DNA of 64,000 nucleotides from an uncultured virus (IMG/VR IMGVR_UViG_3300031787_000017) (IMGVR_UViG_3300031787_000017); one strand, 5' to 3'; shown: positions 39,029 to 49,340, counted from the stretch's first letter. Made by a program: numbers and translations. Notes: generated by a model not told the origin, from the sequence alone.

Positions 39029-39169
39029 AGCATCTTGCCACTCTTGTCACTATCCATGACAGGACTCCTTTTTAAAAATTTTTGTGTATGTAAAAAATAA
39101 AAACCACCACTAGTATTAAAACTGATATTGCCCCATGATTGTTTCTCCTTATTATAGTTTACATAATCA

Positions 39170-39243
39170 TGGCTCCGGTGGAGGGAATCGAACCCCCACT
39201 AACGGTTTTGGAGACCGCCGCACTGCCATTATACTACACCGGA
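39170..39243 (-). tRNA. tRNA-Trp(CCA)
   Basis: Cloverleaf, CCA. Confidence 0.93.
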
Positions 39244-39325
39244 ATATTCACCAAATAGAAGAATACTCTGTCGCCGTTTTTGCTACGCAGGTAACGACCA
39301 AGACCTCAAAGAGTATTCTTTTGTT

Positions 39326-39399
39326 TGGCAGGGGATGTAAGAATCGAACTTACAATAACGGAATCAAAATCCGCTGTGATACCACTTCACCAATCCCCA
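39326..39399 (-). tRNA. tRNA-Gln(TTG)
   Basis: Cloverleaf, CCA. Confidence 0.92.
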
Positions 39400-39505
39400 A
39401 TTGATCCGGATTTTACTCTGCTGTTATCGCCAGCGTTTTCATCCTCGGTTCCGACCTTTTGCCATTTTATTGTACGCCGGCTCACACTCGTTGCGAATAG
39501 CGTAT

Positions 39506-39543
39506 AAAACAAAAAACCCTAAGTCTTTCGATCTTAGGGTTTC
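39506..39543 (-). terminator. Attenuator terminator upstream of the tRNA array
   Basis: AAACCCTAAG-ATCGAAAGA-CTTAGGGTTT followed by TTTGTTTT. Confidence 0.85.
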
Positions 39544-39569
39544 TGTAGGTTATCTGGTACTTCAATAAT

Positions 39570-39695
39570 CTATACAAAAACCCCTTGATCGTGGTAGCCT
39601 AGTCCGCTTGTATTAATAAAGCGTGCTGAGGCCTGCCAAATTGATGGCATTTCTATATCTAAAGCGGGTTTGCAATTTAATTCGTTTTTCATCAT
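39570..39695 (-). CDS. Putative attenuator leader peptide (41 aa, all 20 amino acids)
   Basis: MMKNELNCKPALDIEMPSIWQASARFINTSGLGYHDQGVFV*; last codons complementary to the terminator 5' arm. Confidence 0.65.
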   Translation of the reverse strand: MMKNELNCKPALDIEMPSIWQASARFINTSGLGYHDQGVFV

Positions 39696-39741
39696 AGTAC
39701 CTGTATTTATGTTTTTTTACTGCAAATTTCAATATGTGTGT

Positions 39742-39793
39742 AGTATATAGTAAAAAATATTTTTTGTCAAGCGGCTGTTGCACAAATACAACA
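39742..39793 (-). promoter_or_regulatory. Sigma70 promoter for the leader/tRNA operon, with upstream palindrome
   Basis: TTGACA-N17-TATACT; TGTTGT-N6-GCAACA at 39793-39776. Confidence 0.8.
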
Positions 39794-39827
39794 TTATCAC
39801 CTTGATAATTAGTTATCAAATTGACAA

Positions 39828-39904
39828 TGGTGGGCCGGGAGAGATTCGAACTCTCTATCCCCCGATTATGAGTCGGACGCATATACCTAAAATGCTTCCG
39901 GCCC
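39828..39904 (-). tRNA. tRNA-CAT (Ile2 or elongator Met)
   Basis: Anticodon loop CTCATAA; CCA. Confidence 0.88.
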
Positions 39905-39912
39905 CTCAAAAC

Positions 39913-40746
39913 TTATTCGAGTGTAAAATCTACACCTTTAATTGAATCGAATCTAAAGGAACGCCAACCTTTTGCTTCTACGTCGAAAACAGGCAAAGCG
40001 TCATCTGAAAATTTTCTTTGTGATTCAGTATTTTTTGGAATCCAGTGTTCAGAAATTATTTCATCTTTCAGTGTACATTTCATTACTCGTTCAGTACCAT
40101 CAGTTTTAGTAAAAGTAATTTCAACAACGCCATCTTTCAAAAGACCTTTAATCCAATCTTTTGCGGTATCTGAAGTAAAGTCCTCAGGTTCATCATCATC
40201 ATTACTCCAATCTATTTCTTCATTCCATTCTGCATCATCCAACATGCGATCACGAATACCCCAATATTCAACTATATCCTCAGGAATATCATCCAGAGAT
40301 TCTAGGTCAGAATATTCATAATTTTCATCAATACCATCAACGAATTTACCAACGAAAGCCATACCTTCTTCGTGATAATAAGCTTCTACATCAAATCCTT
40401 GATTTTCCATTTCTTCATACAATGCAATTGGAGGTCCCCAAGGCGAATCGAACCAGAATGTAATAGTATCTTCATCACGATCCCAATCTTGAGCGTCACA
40501 ATTCCATTTACAACCCCAATTATCTAACGACCAAGAATACCAATCTTGATATCCATACTTAGCCATCAGTTCTTCGTTGCGTTTATCGTGGAATGAAACA
40601 TCACCAACATTTTTCAATTCTTCAGGACAAGGCAGAATGAAGTCGAACCACTCTTTACCATTTTTATCATCCAGAAATTTTTGAAATTTATCAATAGATT
40701 CGATATCACCCTTCACAGTGATAGAGTTGTTGCACCAATTAGGCAT
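39913..40746 (-). CDS. DUF1281/ferredoxin-like domain fused to a C-terminal WYL-like SH3 domain
   Basis: MPNWCNN..NWGCKW..FDSPWGPP; C-terminal FTKTDGTERVMKCTL..VFDVEAKGWRSFR. Confidence 0.65.
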   Translation of the reverse strand: MPNWCNNSITVKGDIESIDKFQKFLDDKNGKEWFDFILPCPEELKNVGDVSFHDKRNEELMAKYGYQDWYSWSLDNWGCKWNCDAQDWDRDEDTITFWFDSPWGPPIALYEEMENQGFDVEAYYHEEGMAFVGKFVDGIDENYEYSDLESLDDIPEDIVEYWGIRDRMLDDAEWNEEIDWSNDDDEPEDFTSDTAKDWIKGLLKDGVVEITFTKTDGTERVMKCTLKDEIISEHWIPKNTESQRKFSDDALPVFDVEAKGWRSFRFDSIKGVDFTLE

Positions 40747-40765
40747 AATATAGTTCCTTATTCAA

Positions 40766-43700
40766 TTAAGATTTAGTTTCGGCAATACTTCTCAATGCAT
40801 CTATCATTTTGGATATTGTAACAGGCTTTGCTACTCTAGTGAGGTAATCTTGAAACCATTCTACCGACTTATCAGTTTTACGGCAAAAACAACCGTAAAT
40901 TTCCGAGCCCATTAAAGTTTTACTAACATATGTGATGGGATCAATAAAAATTGCCTCAAAAGCATCGTCAAATTCAGGTTTTCCAAAATCATTACGTTTA
41001 AAAAAGGCAACATGAAACATATCACCCATTTTTGAGTTATCAATAGGATTGCCATCACTCAATTCATTCTTTAATTTGAAAAAATGAAAGATAAATCCTT
41101 CTTCATTTTCATTTTCAGGCGGTAAAAAGTAAAATCCATCATAATCTTCAGGGACAGTGCCTTCAGTACGCATAATTTTCTCGGATTTCTTTTCGTATTT
41201 TCATTTTTTCGACAGATCGAACAAAATCTTTCGCTGTTTTTTGTCTTTTCAGTGAATATTTTGGCGTTCTTAAGTCTTTTGCTACAAAATTTCGAATTTT
41301 TATTGAATCTTTAAACATTTTTTCACTCAAAAAATGACTTTATGCTCATTTTCCTCTAATTTTACTAATTTTTCGATTTTTCCTCGAACAAGGTACGCTG
41401 AAAATTCTTCCCATTCAGTGTATTTTTTGTCTAAGTGACGATAGAAACGAATTTCGCCCGTAAAAGTTTCATTTTTTACCCAATTTTCATTAAATTTTTC
41501 CAAATAGCCTTTGAAAAGCGAATTTTCGTCATCAACCCAGCGTGATTGATACTGTTCTTCATACAAAAATCCATCTTTCAACTCATAATTATCAAGTAAT
41601 TGATTCGGCGTATCTTTGGTTTGATACTCATTACCTTCAAAACGCAAATAATCAAACATTCCCATATTATTTTATTCCGATAATGTGAATTTACTTAATA
41701 CTTCATTGGCTTCTGTATAATCATCATCCATCATATTTTCCATCATTTCATACTTAATTAACATCAGTAAGGATGTTGCAGTTATACGATCACGTTTATT
41801 CAATGAACTTACCCAATATTGAAGTTGTTCTTTATTGTCCATGCTCCACATAATTTGAAGCATTTTCTTTTCTTTTTTGGTCAAACCATCTAGTGAAATT
41901 AAAATTTTAACCTCCTGCGCCGTAACTGTGCCACATGACATAGTTATACACCTCTTGAACACCTTGTTCACCCGTTTCGAAAACAGAAGCTGGCGTGTTT
42001 CCTTCCCAATACTTGTTAGGAGATTCCCACCATTTGTAAACTAGTTCGGCAGAACCCAACATAGAGAACAAATGGCGGTTAATTTGGTGTATAGTTTCGT
42101 TATCACAGGTCATATTTGTATTTATTAGTTATTTAATTTTTCTGTCACTTCGAAATGCGTAGTTAAAATCACACTGAGTACAACGAAAGGAATAATCAGT
42201 ATGTAAAACCAAAGACTTTTATTTATAGCCAAAAAAGTAATCGCCACCACACCAATCAAATCAAAATTGGTGATATCTTTTTTAAATAAAAATCGATAGA
42301 GATATTTCATCAATTACCTCCAAGTTGACCAATGGTGTAAATCAACAAATAAACACCCACAGTGAGTGGTATAAGTGTTGCTAGATAATCTTTATAGTCA
42401 ATTCGAATACCATCTTTCTTTCGAAAGAGTATCATACTGGAATTCATACCAGCAATAAAAATATTTGCTACACCTAAAATAAAATTTACAATAGCTAAAC
42501 TCATTTAACACTCCTCAATTGACGGCATTGTTCACGCATTTGCTGCGTATAATCAGGACTAATTTCCGCAATACTACAGGAAATTACAGTATCATTTTTC
42601 GGATAAGTCCAAATAGCTAAAAAGAGTGCGCCAAGTATGGCGACACCCATAATCAAATATTCTTTTATCATTTTGTTAGTTCGTAAGGTTTATTCCATTT
42701 ACCGATATTTACATCAATATACCAACCTACATTAAAGTAATCGTATTGAATTTCGGATTTATCCCAGTTTCCATCATTCATAGCAGGAATCACTTCAGAC
42801 AAAAAGGCCTTAGATTTGCCGGTAAAGTGGTCTTTGTACCAGTAGGGGTTTACCTGGATGCCGAACTTTCGAGCATCATCAGAATTACCATAATCGCTGA
42901 TAAAATCGATTTTACCAGATTTTATATTTAACGCTAGCGTAGAATGATTACGCACAGCAAGACTGGCTTTTACGCCATACTTTTTGCAAATTGCTTTAAT
43001 CTGAGGTGCCAATTTAGATTTCAATTCTTGAGATACGTAAGCCATGATTAACCCCTTACAGTTTCAATAAATTTGTTTTCCAGAATCACTCGGTCACGAA
43101 TTGCATTATAGACAACAACTGGTGTTGTCAAAACGACATGATGGGAGACTTCGCCGCCGTATTGCACTCTTGACAATTCGACAACACCTGTCACTGGGAA
43201 TTCACCCATGTACATTCCGCTAACTTCCAGACCTTCGAGATTCCACATAATGCGTCCTTATCAACTCAACAGGATTGATTATACAGGAACCACGGTGGAA
43301 GGCAAGCATTATTTTTGTTATCAAAAGAACAACGAAGTTATCACAATTGCAACAAATGTCAATTGAATAACAGCTGCAGAAACCATAACGATTACAGAAT
43401 TTGTAATGGTCCCCGTTTTAGGGTCCTCACGAATTTCGATATCATTCAGAAAATCAAAAATCAGCCGTATATCCATTGTCCGAGTTTAAACCCTAACCAA
43501 ATAAAACCAAAAGAAAGAAAACCGTTTACCATTGTAACCACAAAGATTATTGGCCTGTCCATTGTGTATTTACCTTTTCACGAATATAGTCAATCACATC
43601 CCGAGCTTCTTGCATATCGGAACATTCAACGGCCAACTCAATCATTTCCCAGTATTGGTCATAGAGGTCATTTATGAGGTGGTCCAAGATTTGTCGTTTA

Positions 43701-45835
43701 CGATTCATTATTTACCTCTTGTCAAAATGTTTTTATCAACATAATTCATAATCATATACTTTTTAAGTTTTGCATTATCCAGTTGCCGAAACTTATCTAA
43801 GTAACTATCTTGAATTTGACTGTACATAAAATTTATAATTTTCTTTTCTAGTTCTTCACTTACGCCGATTTGATCGATCATATTATAACTGATTGCCAAA
43901 TTGCTTTTATGGTATTTTGTTTTTGTTAGAATATACTTCTCGTAGTCTTTTATGATTTTAGACTTATTTCTTTGATCGAAACAAATTCTGTAGTTTAAGG
44001 TCATTTCCTTAAACGTATTAAAGGAATGTTCTTTACATATATCTCTACAATTTTGTATGAGAAACTCTAGAGTATCTTCCGAAGAATTCGTAGAATCTGC
44101 ATAGTCACAGATAATTTTATGTTTTATGTCCATTCCGGCGCTTCCGCGCTATCCAACGAATTTGTTTTCCAACAGAGTCCGACTTTGGACTGCCCAATAA
44201 TTTTCCACAGCTCTCTTAGCAAAGTCCTGTTCGATATAGTGGCCGAGCGGTCGTTCATCATCCATTTTGAAAGCGAACTCGTAACTTCCCGTGTTGACCA
44301 CGGAGCCCCAGACTTCTTGTAGTGCCACTTTAAACGTAGAGCCGACAATCATACCTGTTTCGGTATCGTAGTAGTACCACTTGGCGTTTCGTTCACGCCA
44401 TTCATAATTTTTGGTCATGTATAGAATTTTTCAATCAATTGGGGTTTATTTGAGGCCACACGGAATAGTTCATTTTTATCCAGAGGGAATACTTTGGCAT
44501 TCGAAACAGCCTCTGGAATTAAATGTTCATATTCATCATCATAACAGGTTTCTTTGAGAATGTCAATGACTTGTCCACCATTTTCCGCCATGACAACCCA
44601 CGTACCACCATATTCTGAACGTGGAAACGGTACCCAATAATCACCAATATAAAGGTTCATAAGTTTACAATGCTTTCATTTTAAGTTTACAATCACTTCT
44701 CAATAGGTTTACAATCGTGTTCTTTGGCTTGTTTTTCTTTTAACCAGACTTTATGGCAGAGGGTACAATGGTAAGCCTCACCATCTCTGGAGAATGGATA
44801 GTTTTTAATGGGGTGTCGGTCTGTAATGGTTCTGATTTTTTCGATCATACTAGTGGTCGTCATCAACACATAATATGATCATACAAAACACAATTATCAC
44901 AATGATGGAAACAAGTAAAACAGTATAACCCATATTTATTTACTCACAGTAAAAGATATCCAAAGTAACCCAAACCCGCCACCAAACCTAAACCAATCAT
45001 ATAGGGAATTACAAATAACACCAATCGAAACAATCCATAAACCAACAATAAGACTAAAATTATTGCGATAGCCTCAGCCATTACATTACCACCCACAGTC
45101 TTTGTTACCGTTATAGTCTCCGCAGGTTTGACCACAATGATCGGTTCAGTTACCACCGTTTCATTCGAATCTAAACTTTCGGATGCCTCAACTTCAGGCC
45201 TAAGTACGACTGGCATATTAATCCTTATAATTCACTAATACTTGCAGTGCTTCCCATTGACCCCATGTCAGAGAGAATTTATTATCAGAGGTACCAGATA
45301 CAAACACATCCATACCTTCTCCATTACTCCACTCAGTCAATTCGATAAAATCGTTTTTCTCAGAGAAAGGACAGTAATCCTTCAGGTCAATATACTTCGC
45401 TTTTCTCGTATAGGTACTGATACTCATAGTGCAGGTCCCCAATATTGATACTTCAGTAGATCCGCAGAATCTTCATCATATAACCAAGACAGCGCAGACC
45501 ACACAGAATCTTCCACATTGTACCACTCACGGTATGAGGTATAGTACTGCTTGAAGAAATACGAATCACCACGCGCCTCTGCATACCTCTCTGCACGCTT
45601 TAGAAATTCCATGTTGTCCATATTAATCAATCCAGCAACTATCAGCATCGACCACATGATACTCATTACCACCAATATAATCACCATTAAAGCCTGAATC
45701 ATACGGTGCTTTCAATGTCAACATACTACCATTGATCTTAGTGATATAACCCCACTGCTCAATGTCACACTTAAAGCCAACAGCATCACCCACGTTTACG
45801 ATTTGACCATCTACTTTTGCCATTTTGTTCTCCAT
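40766..45835 (-). other. Cluster of about 20 small early hypothetical genes (e.g. 40766-41173, 41327-41665, 41907-42113, 42668-43045, 43048-43248, 43708-44133, 44149-44418, 44415-44660, 45218-45427, 45623-45835)
   Basis: Co-oriented abutting ORFs with SD sites; no recognisable function. Confidence 0.6.
43278..43326 (-). promoter_or_regulatory. Early sigma70 promoter cassette (copy B)
   Basis: Near-identical to 20436-20484. Confidence 0.75.
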
Positions 45836-46168
45836 AATAAAAATTCTGATGCGACTTCCAGAGACTTCCGGATACCGGAAAAAATTTTACTGCGATTTCT
45901 TGGAGGGATTCGAAAATCGTCCAAAGTAACAGAGCTAAAGAACCTTATACGAACTGTAGTCTGCTTGTAGAGGACTCCTTCCCTCTGCCGCTTTTTCGCT
46001 TTTGACCACAGCTCCCGAGCTACTGTAGTGTAGTGGGCTCGGGCTCTGTCAAGCTGTATCGTTGAGCTATATCGAACACCACGTCCTGCGGCAGCCCTGT
46101 ATAGTCAGCTACTTGAGCTATCGTATAGCCGTCACTTATCATTTCGACAATCTCAATTACAAATTCTT

Positions 46169-46486
46169 TCATCTTACCCATTCTAGCACCTTTGCGGGAA
46201 ATTCTATTTGGCCATCATATTCAAGCTGATCTCGCTCATAATCAGTCAGATAATCGTCCTCGACCAGCTGGAGGTTCACAACAGTCTCCCGAATATAATC
46301 GTCATTTCGCTCGACAATCTTGCGAACTCGCTGCAGAATTTCTGTCATGCGGCTCTGATCAACATTCAGCACAACATACTCATCACCACCCTTGGCTTTC
46401 CAGTATGCTGCATCGCCCTTGCCGATAGAGCCGTCCTCGCGCCATGCATAATTTTCGTAAACCTGGGTGGTGAATAGTGCTTTCAT
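46169..46486 (-). CDS. Hypothetical protein
   Basis: TQVYENY..YWKAKGG phage family motif. Confidence 0.65.
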   Translation of the reverse strand: MKALFTTQVYENYAWREDGSIGKGDAAYWKAKGGDEYVVLNVDQSRMTEILQRVRKIVERNDDYIRETVVNLQLVEDDYLTDYERDQLEYDGQIEFPAKVLEWVR

Positions 46487-46487
46487 A

Positions 46488-46784
46488 TTAAGCGCTCATA
46501 GAGATAACGGTTACAGGACTTGGCTTACGTGCAGCTTTTTTCGCAGCAAGGCCAACTTTCGGAGCTTTCATCGCAGCAAGCTTCGCTTCGAGCTTCGCAA
46601 TACGCTCAGCTTTCTTAGCTTCGCGGGATGCAGCTTTCTCAGCTTTAGCCTTCGCTTTCATTTCCTTAGTAATCGCCTTCGAGGCTTTCACTTCGAATCG
46701 AGCAGTGGCCAACTCAGCGCGGAGAGCCTTCAGGGTTTCACGGGTTGCGGAAATCGCAGTTTTCAATTCAGTAACGGTTTTCAT
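46488..46784 (-). CDS. Lys/Ala-rich basic protein (histone H1-like composition)
   Basis: KAKAKAEKAASREAKKAERIAK; own promoter at 46821-46848. Confidence 0.6.
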   Translation of the reverse strand: MKTVTELKTAISATRETLKALRAELATARFEVKASKAITKEMKAKAKAEKAASREAKKAERIAKLEAKLAAMKAPKVGLAAKKAARKPSPVTVISMSA

Positions 46785-47534
46785 AATATTAACTCCTAGT
46801 AATCTCAATCAACAAAGTACATTATACAGGTTTAGGCGGAAATGTCAAGCACTTTTCCTGCCCGGAGAGCAGCTTCTCGAGCGCTCGTAAAAGCGTAATC
46901 ATTTGACAAGCTGTTATAACCCGAATAATACGTCCACTCACCATCTTTTAACACTTCGACAATTACATCATAGACAACTTCAAAGGGGCTACCCTCAGTA
47001 CGGATTCTTACAAATTCACTAATCTTTTCAATCATTTAACAGTCTCCCAATACCAGAGGCCTTCATTCCAATCCCAGTCAGGACCGTTCCATCGCGGATC
47101 GGAGCCGAACATAGCCTCTAGCATCTCATTATATTCAATTTCAGTCAGCTCATCATAGTAAGCTCGGGCTAGATACTGGAGCTCAGCATTAATGTCATTT
47201 ATATTCATTTTGATAATTTTCTCTCAAACCCAACACCGTCATTATACAGAAAACCCTGGCAAGTGGCAAGCACTATTTGCGGCAATCTTTTCTATCTGAC
47301 AATGCATCCCACAGCAGGTAGGCCATTACAAAAGGTGTAACAATTACAAAAAGGAAAACAATCGGTTCTATTTCAATCATGACAATTAACCCAAAGTAGT
47401 AACAGTACCGCTTGTATGAGCCAGATAGCCCCAAAAGCCTATCAAACCGACAATTATCAAAAAAGTAAACATTTCAAGCTCCAATCAAATCACCACGGTA
47501 CCCATTATACAGGTAACCTGGGTTTTGGCAAGCA

Positions 47535-47846
47535 TTAAAATGTATTGAGGGAGGGTTGCAATTCTGATATCAGTTCTCGTTCACGCTGATAGGCTGGCTT
47601 ACGGCCTCGCACCACCTCCAGTACCTCATAGTCCAGCTCTACTTCCGGGTTCTGGCGTATAAAGTTACAGAGCTCCCAATTTTTAGATTCACACTTAGCT
47701 CGGGATAGGTGCTTTTGGACACGGACCTTAACAGAGCGTAGAAAAGCACGGCCGGTAGCAACAGTAAGGCCAATATAGCTGTCACCAGTATCCGGCCAGA
47801 TAATTTGATATAGTACATAGTTCCGGTCATTTCGTTTTTTTCTCAT
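47535..47846 (-). CDS. GIY-YIG-like nuclease-domain protein
   Basis: VLYQI..SYIGLT..R..H..ERELI..PSLN. Confidence 0.65.
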   Translation of the reverse strand: MRKKRNDRNYVLYQIIWPDTGDSYIGLTVATGRAFLRSVKVRVQKHLSRAKCESKNWELCNFIRQNPEVELDYEVLEVVRGRKPAYQRERELISELQPSLNTF

Positions 47847-48085
47847 CGCGGATTAAAGCCCAGCTCAAACTCCATCATAATCATTTTAGCTATATTGATA
47901 CACTGGCGAGCAACTTCATTTGCACCCGACTGATTAGAAGCTATCAGCTCCTGAGCATCGGACAAGTAGCTAGCCACTACCATGCCAGGACCACTTAGTT
48001 TAAAAGTCAGAGAATCCTGTACAGACTCCAGAATTTTATCTTTCGGCGACCCGTAGGCCTGTATTTCCCATTCAAGTTTATTCAT
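47843..48085 (-). CDS. Hypothetical protein
   Basis: LSDAQEL..ARQCINIAK motif. Confidence 0.6.
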   Translation of the reverse strand: MNKLEWEIQAYGSPKDKILESVQDSLTFKLSGPGMVVASYLSDAQELIASNQSGANEVARQCINIAKMIMMEFELGFNPR

Positions 48086-48255
48086 AGTTTCATTCCGTTC
48101 GCAAGGTAAGCAATATAGCCAGGGTTTTTGTTCAGCACCACCACAGGCTCAATACTCGGTGTCACGCCAGTCTCCCTCCATGCCTTCGTAGCATAGGCCA
48201 CAGCGGCTTTCAGCGTCTTGAATTTTCTTTCATCACAGGTATACATCATTATTCC

Positions 48256-48528
48256 TTATTTAAACACTATTAGAGCCAGTAGTATGCTGTTAAAGAAGAA
48301 GCCCACAGCGTTACTGATTATATACAACTTATCGTTCCGAGCTAGGGCACGTATCAGAAACAGAAACAAGCCACTCCAGACTAGTAGAACCATGCTCAGG
48401 GGCGGCAACTTATCACTATAGCCTAGTATCACTCCCAGACTAGTGGGGAGCGTAGCCGCATGTATTAGTATCATGCCGACCCACCCGCAGGCCTCACTTA
48501 CATCAAATTTCGTTTTTCTCTTTACCAT
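48256..48528 (-). CDS. Three-TM membrane protein (PQ-loop/SemiSWEET-like)
   Basis: GWVG..LP; three hydrophobic helices; IISNAVGF. Confidence 0.55.
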   Translation of the reverse strand: MVKRKTKFDVSEACGWVGMILIHAATLPTSLGVILGYSDKLPPLSMVLLVWSGLFLFLIRALARNDKLYIISNAVGFFFNSILLALIVFK

Positions 48529-48782
48529 ACCTACATCATACAGGTTTTGGCAGGAATGGCAAGCATTATTTGAGGTTGTCAGAAATGCAACGGAATCTCG
48601 TTAATACTCTGATAACTTACAGAAATGACAATGTTTTTCGAATGTTCGTTTCTTTTCGTTATAGTTCGCTTTTTTCGCTACGTCCAGCTAGTGCGTTTGC
48701 ATGACACAAAATCCCACTTTATCCCACTAAAGTGCATTATATTGCATGTTCCTATACACTGGCTGCACTATACTTCGGTTCT

Positions 48783-49178
48783 CTATGCGGTCTTATAATA
48801 CTTGCGTCCTGGACTACTATAGTCCTTATTCATTAGCGTTTTAAAGGTGTGGCAGTTCGCACACAATGTTTGGAGGTTTCTTTTACGGTTATCTGATGGA
48901 TTGCCGTTCTTATGGTCTACTTGTAATTGACCCTCTATACGGATCTTATAATTACACTTAAACCCTAATCGGCCGTCTTTATTCTCACAATAATCTTTAC
49001 GGTATTGTTTATATTCCCATCCCATAATACCGTATCGCATTCCGTGGTGTTTTGTGCATTGTTTACGGAAAAGTGGAGTGCCGTCTTTACGGTAATTTCC
49101 CGTATGCTGTCCAGGGTTATTGCACCCCGGATGGGAGCATTTTGGACGCTTCGATATATCAATAATTTTCTTTTTCAT
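48783..49178 (-). CDS. HNH endonuclease
   Basis: LQVDHKNGNPSDN..NLQTLCANCH. Confidence 0.85.
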   Translation of the reverse strand: MKKKIIDISKRPKCSHPGCNNPGQHTGNYRKDGTPLFRKQCTKHHGMRYGIMGWEYKQYRKDYCENKDGRLGFKCNYKIRIEGQLQVDHKNGNPSDNRKRNLQTLCANCHTFKTLMNKDYSSPGRKYYKTA

Positions 49179-49340
49179 TAGTAGACCTCACGCTCATATA
49201 CATCGAATTCCTCTATAGTATTCTCAGCAACTAGTGCTTCACCATAGGCAATAGCATCATCATACTTTGCAAATACACGGAGGACAGTATCACCCTCATA
49301 TGGTATCGGTTCTACTACAATAAAAACTTTGTTCATTTTA

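Noticed and set aside
31429..39904. Stop-codon recoding or suppressor tRNA
   Set aside because: No CTA, TTA or TCA anticodon found; core genes are intact in the standard code and TAG/TGA act as stops.
34299..39909. Track ORFs overlapping tRNAs (34299-34490, 34753-35031, 35081-35320, 37973-38221, 38800-38994, 39135-39404, 39325-39507, 39613-39909)
   Set aside because: They are translations of tRNA or promoter sequence with no protein motifs.
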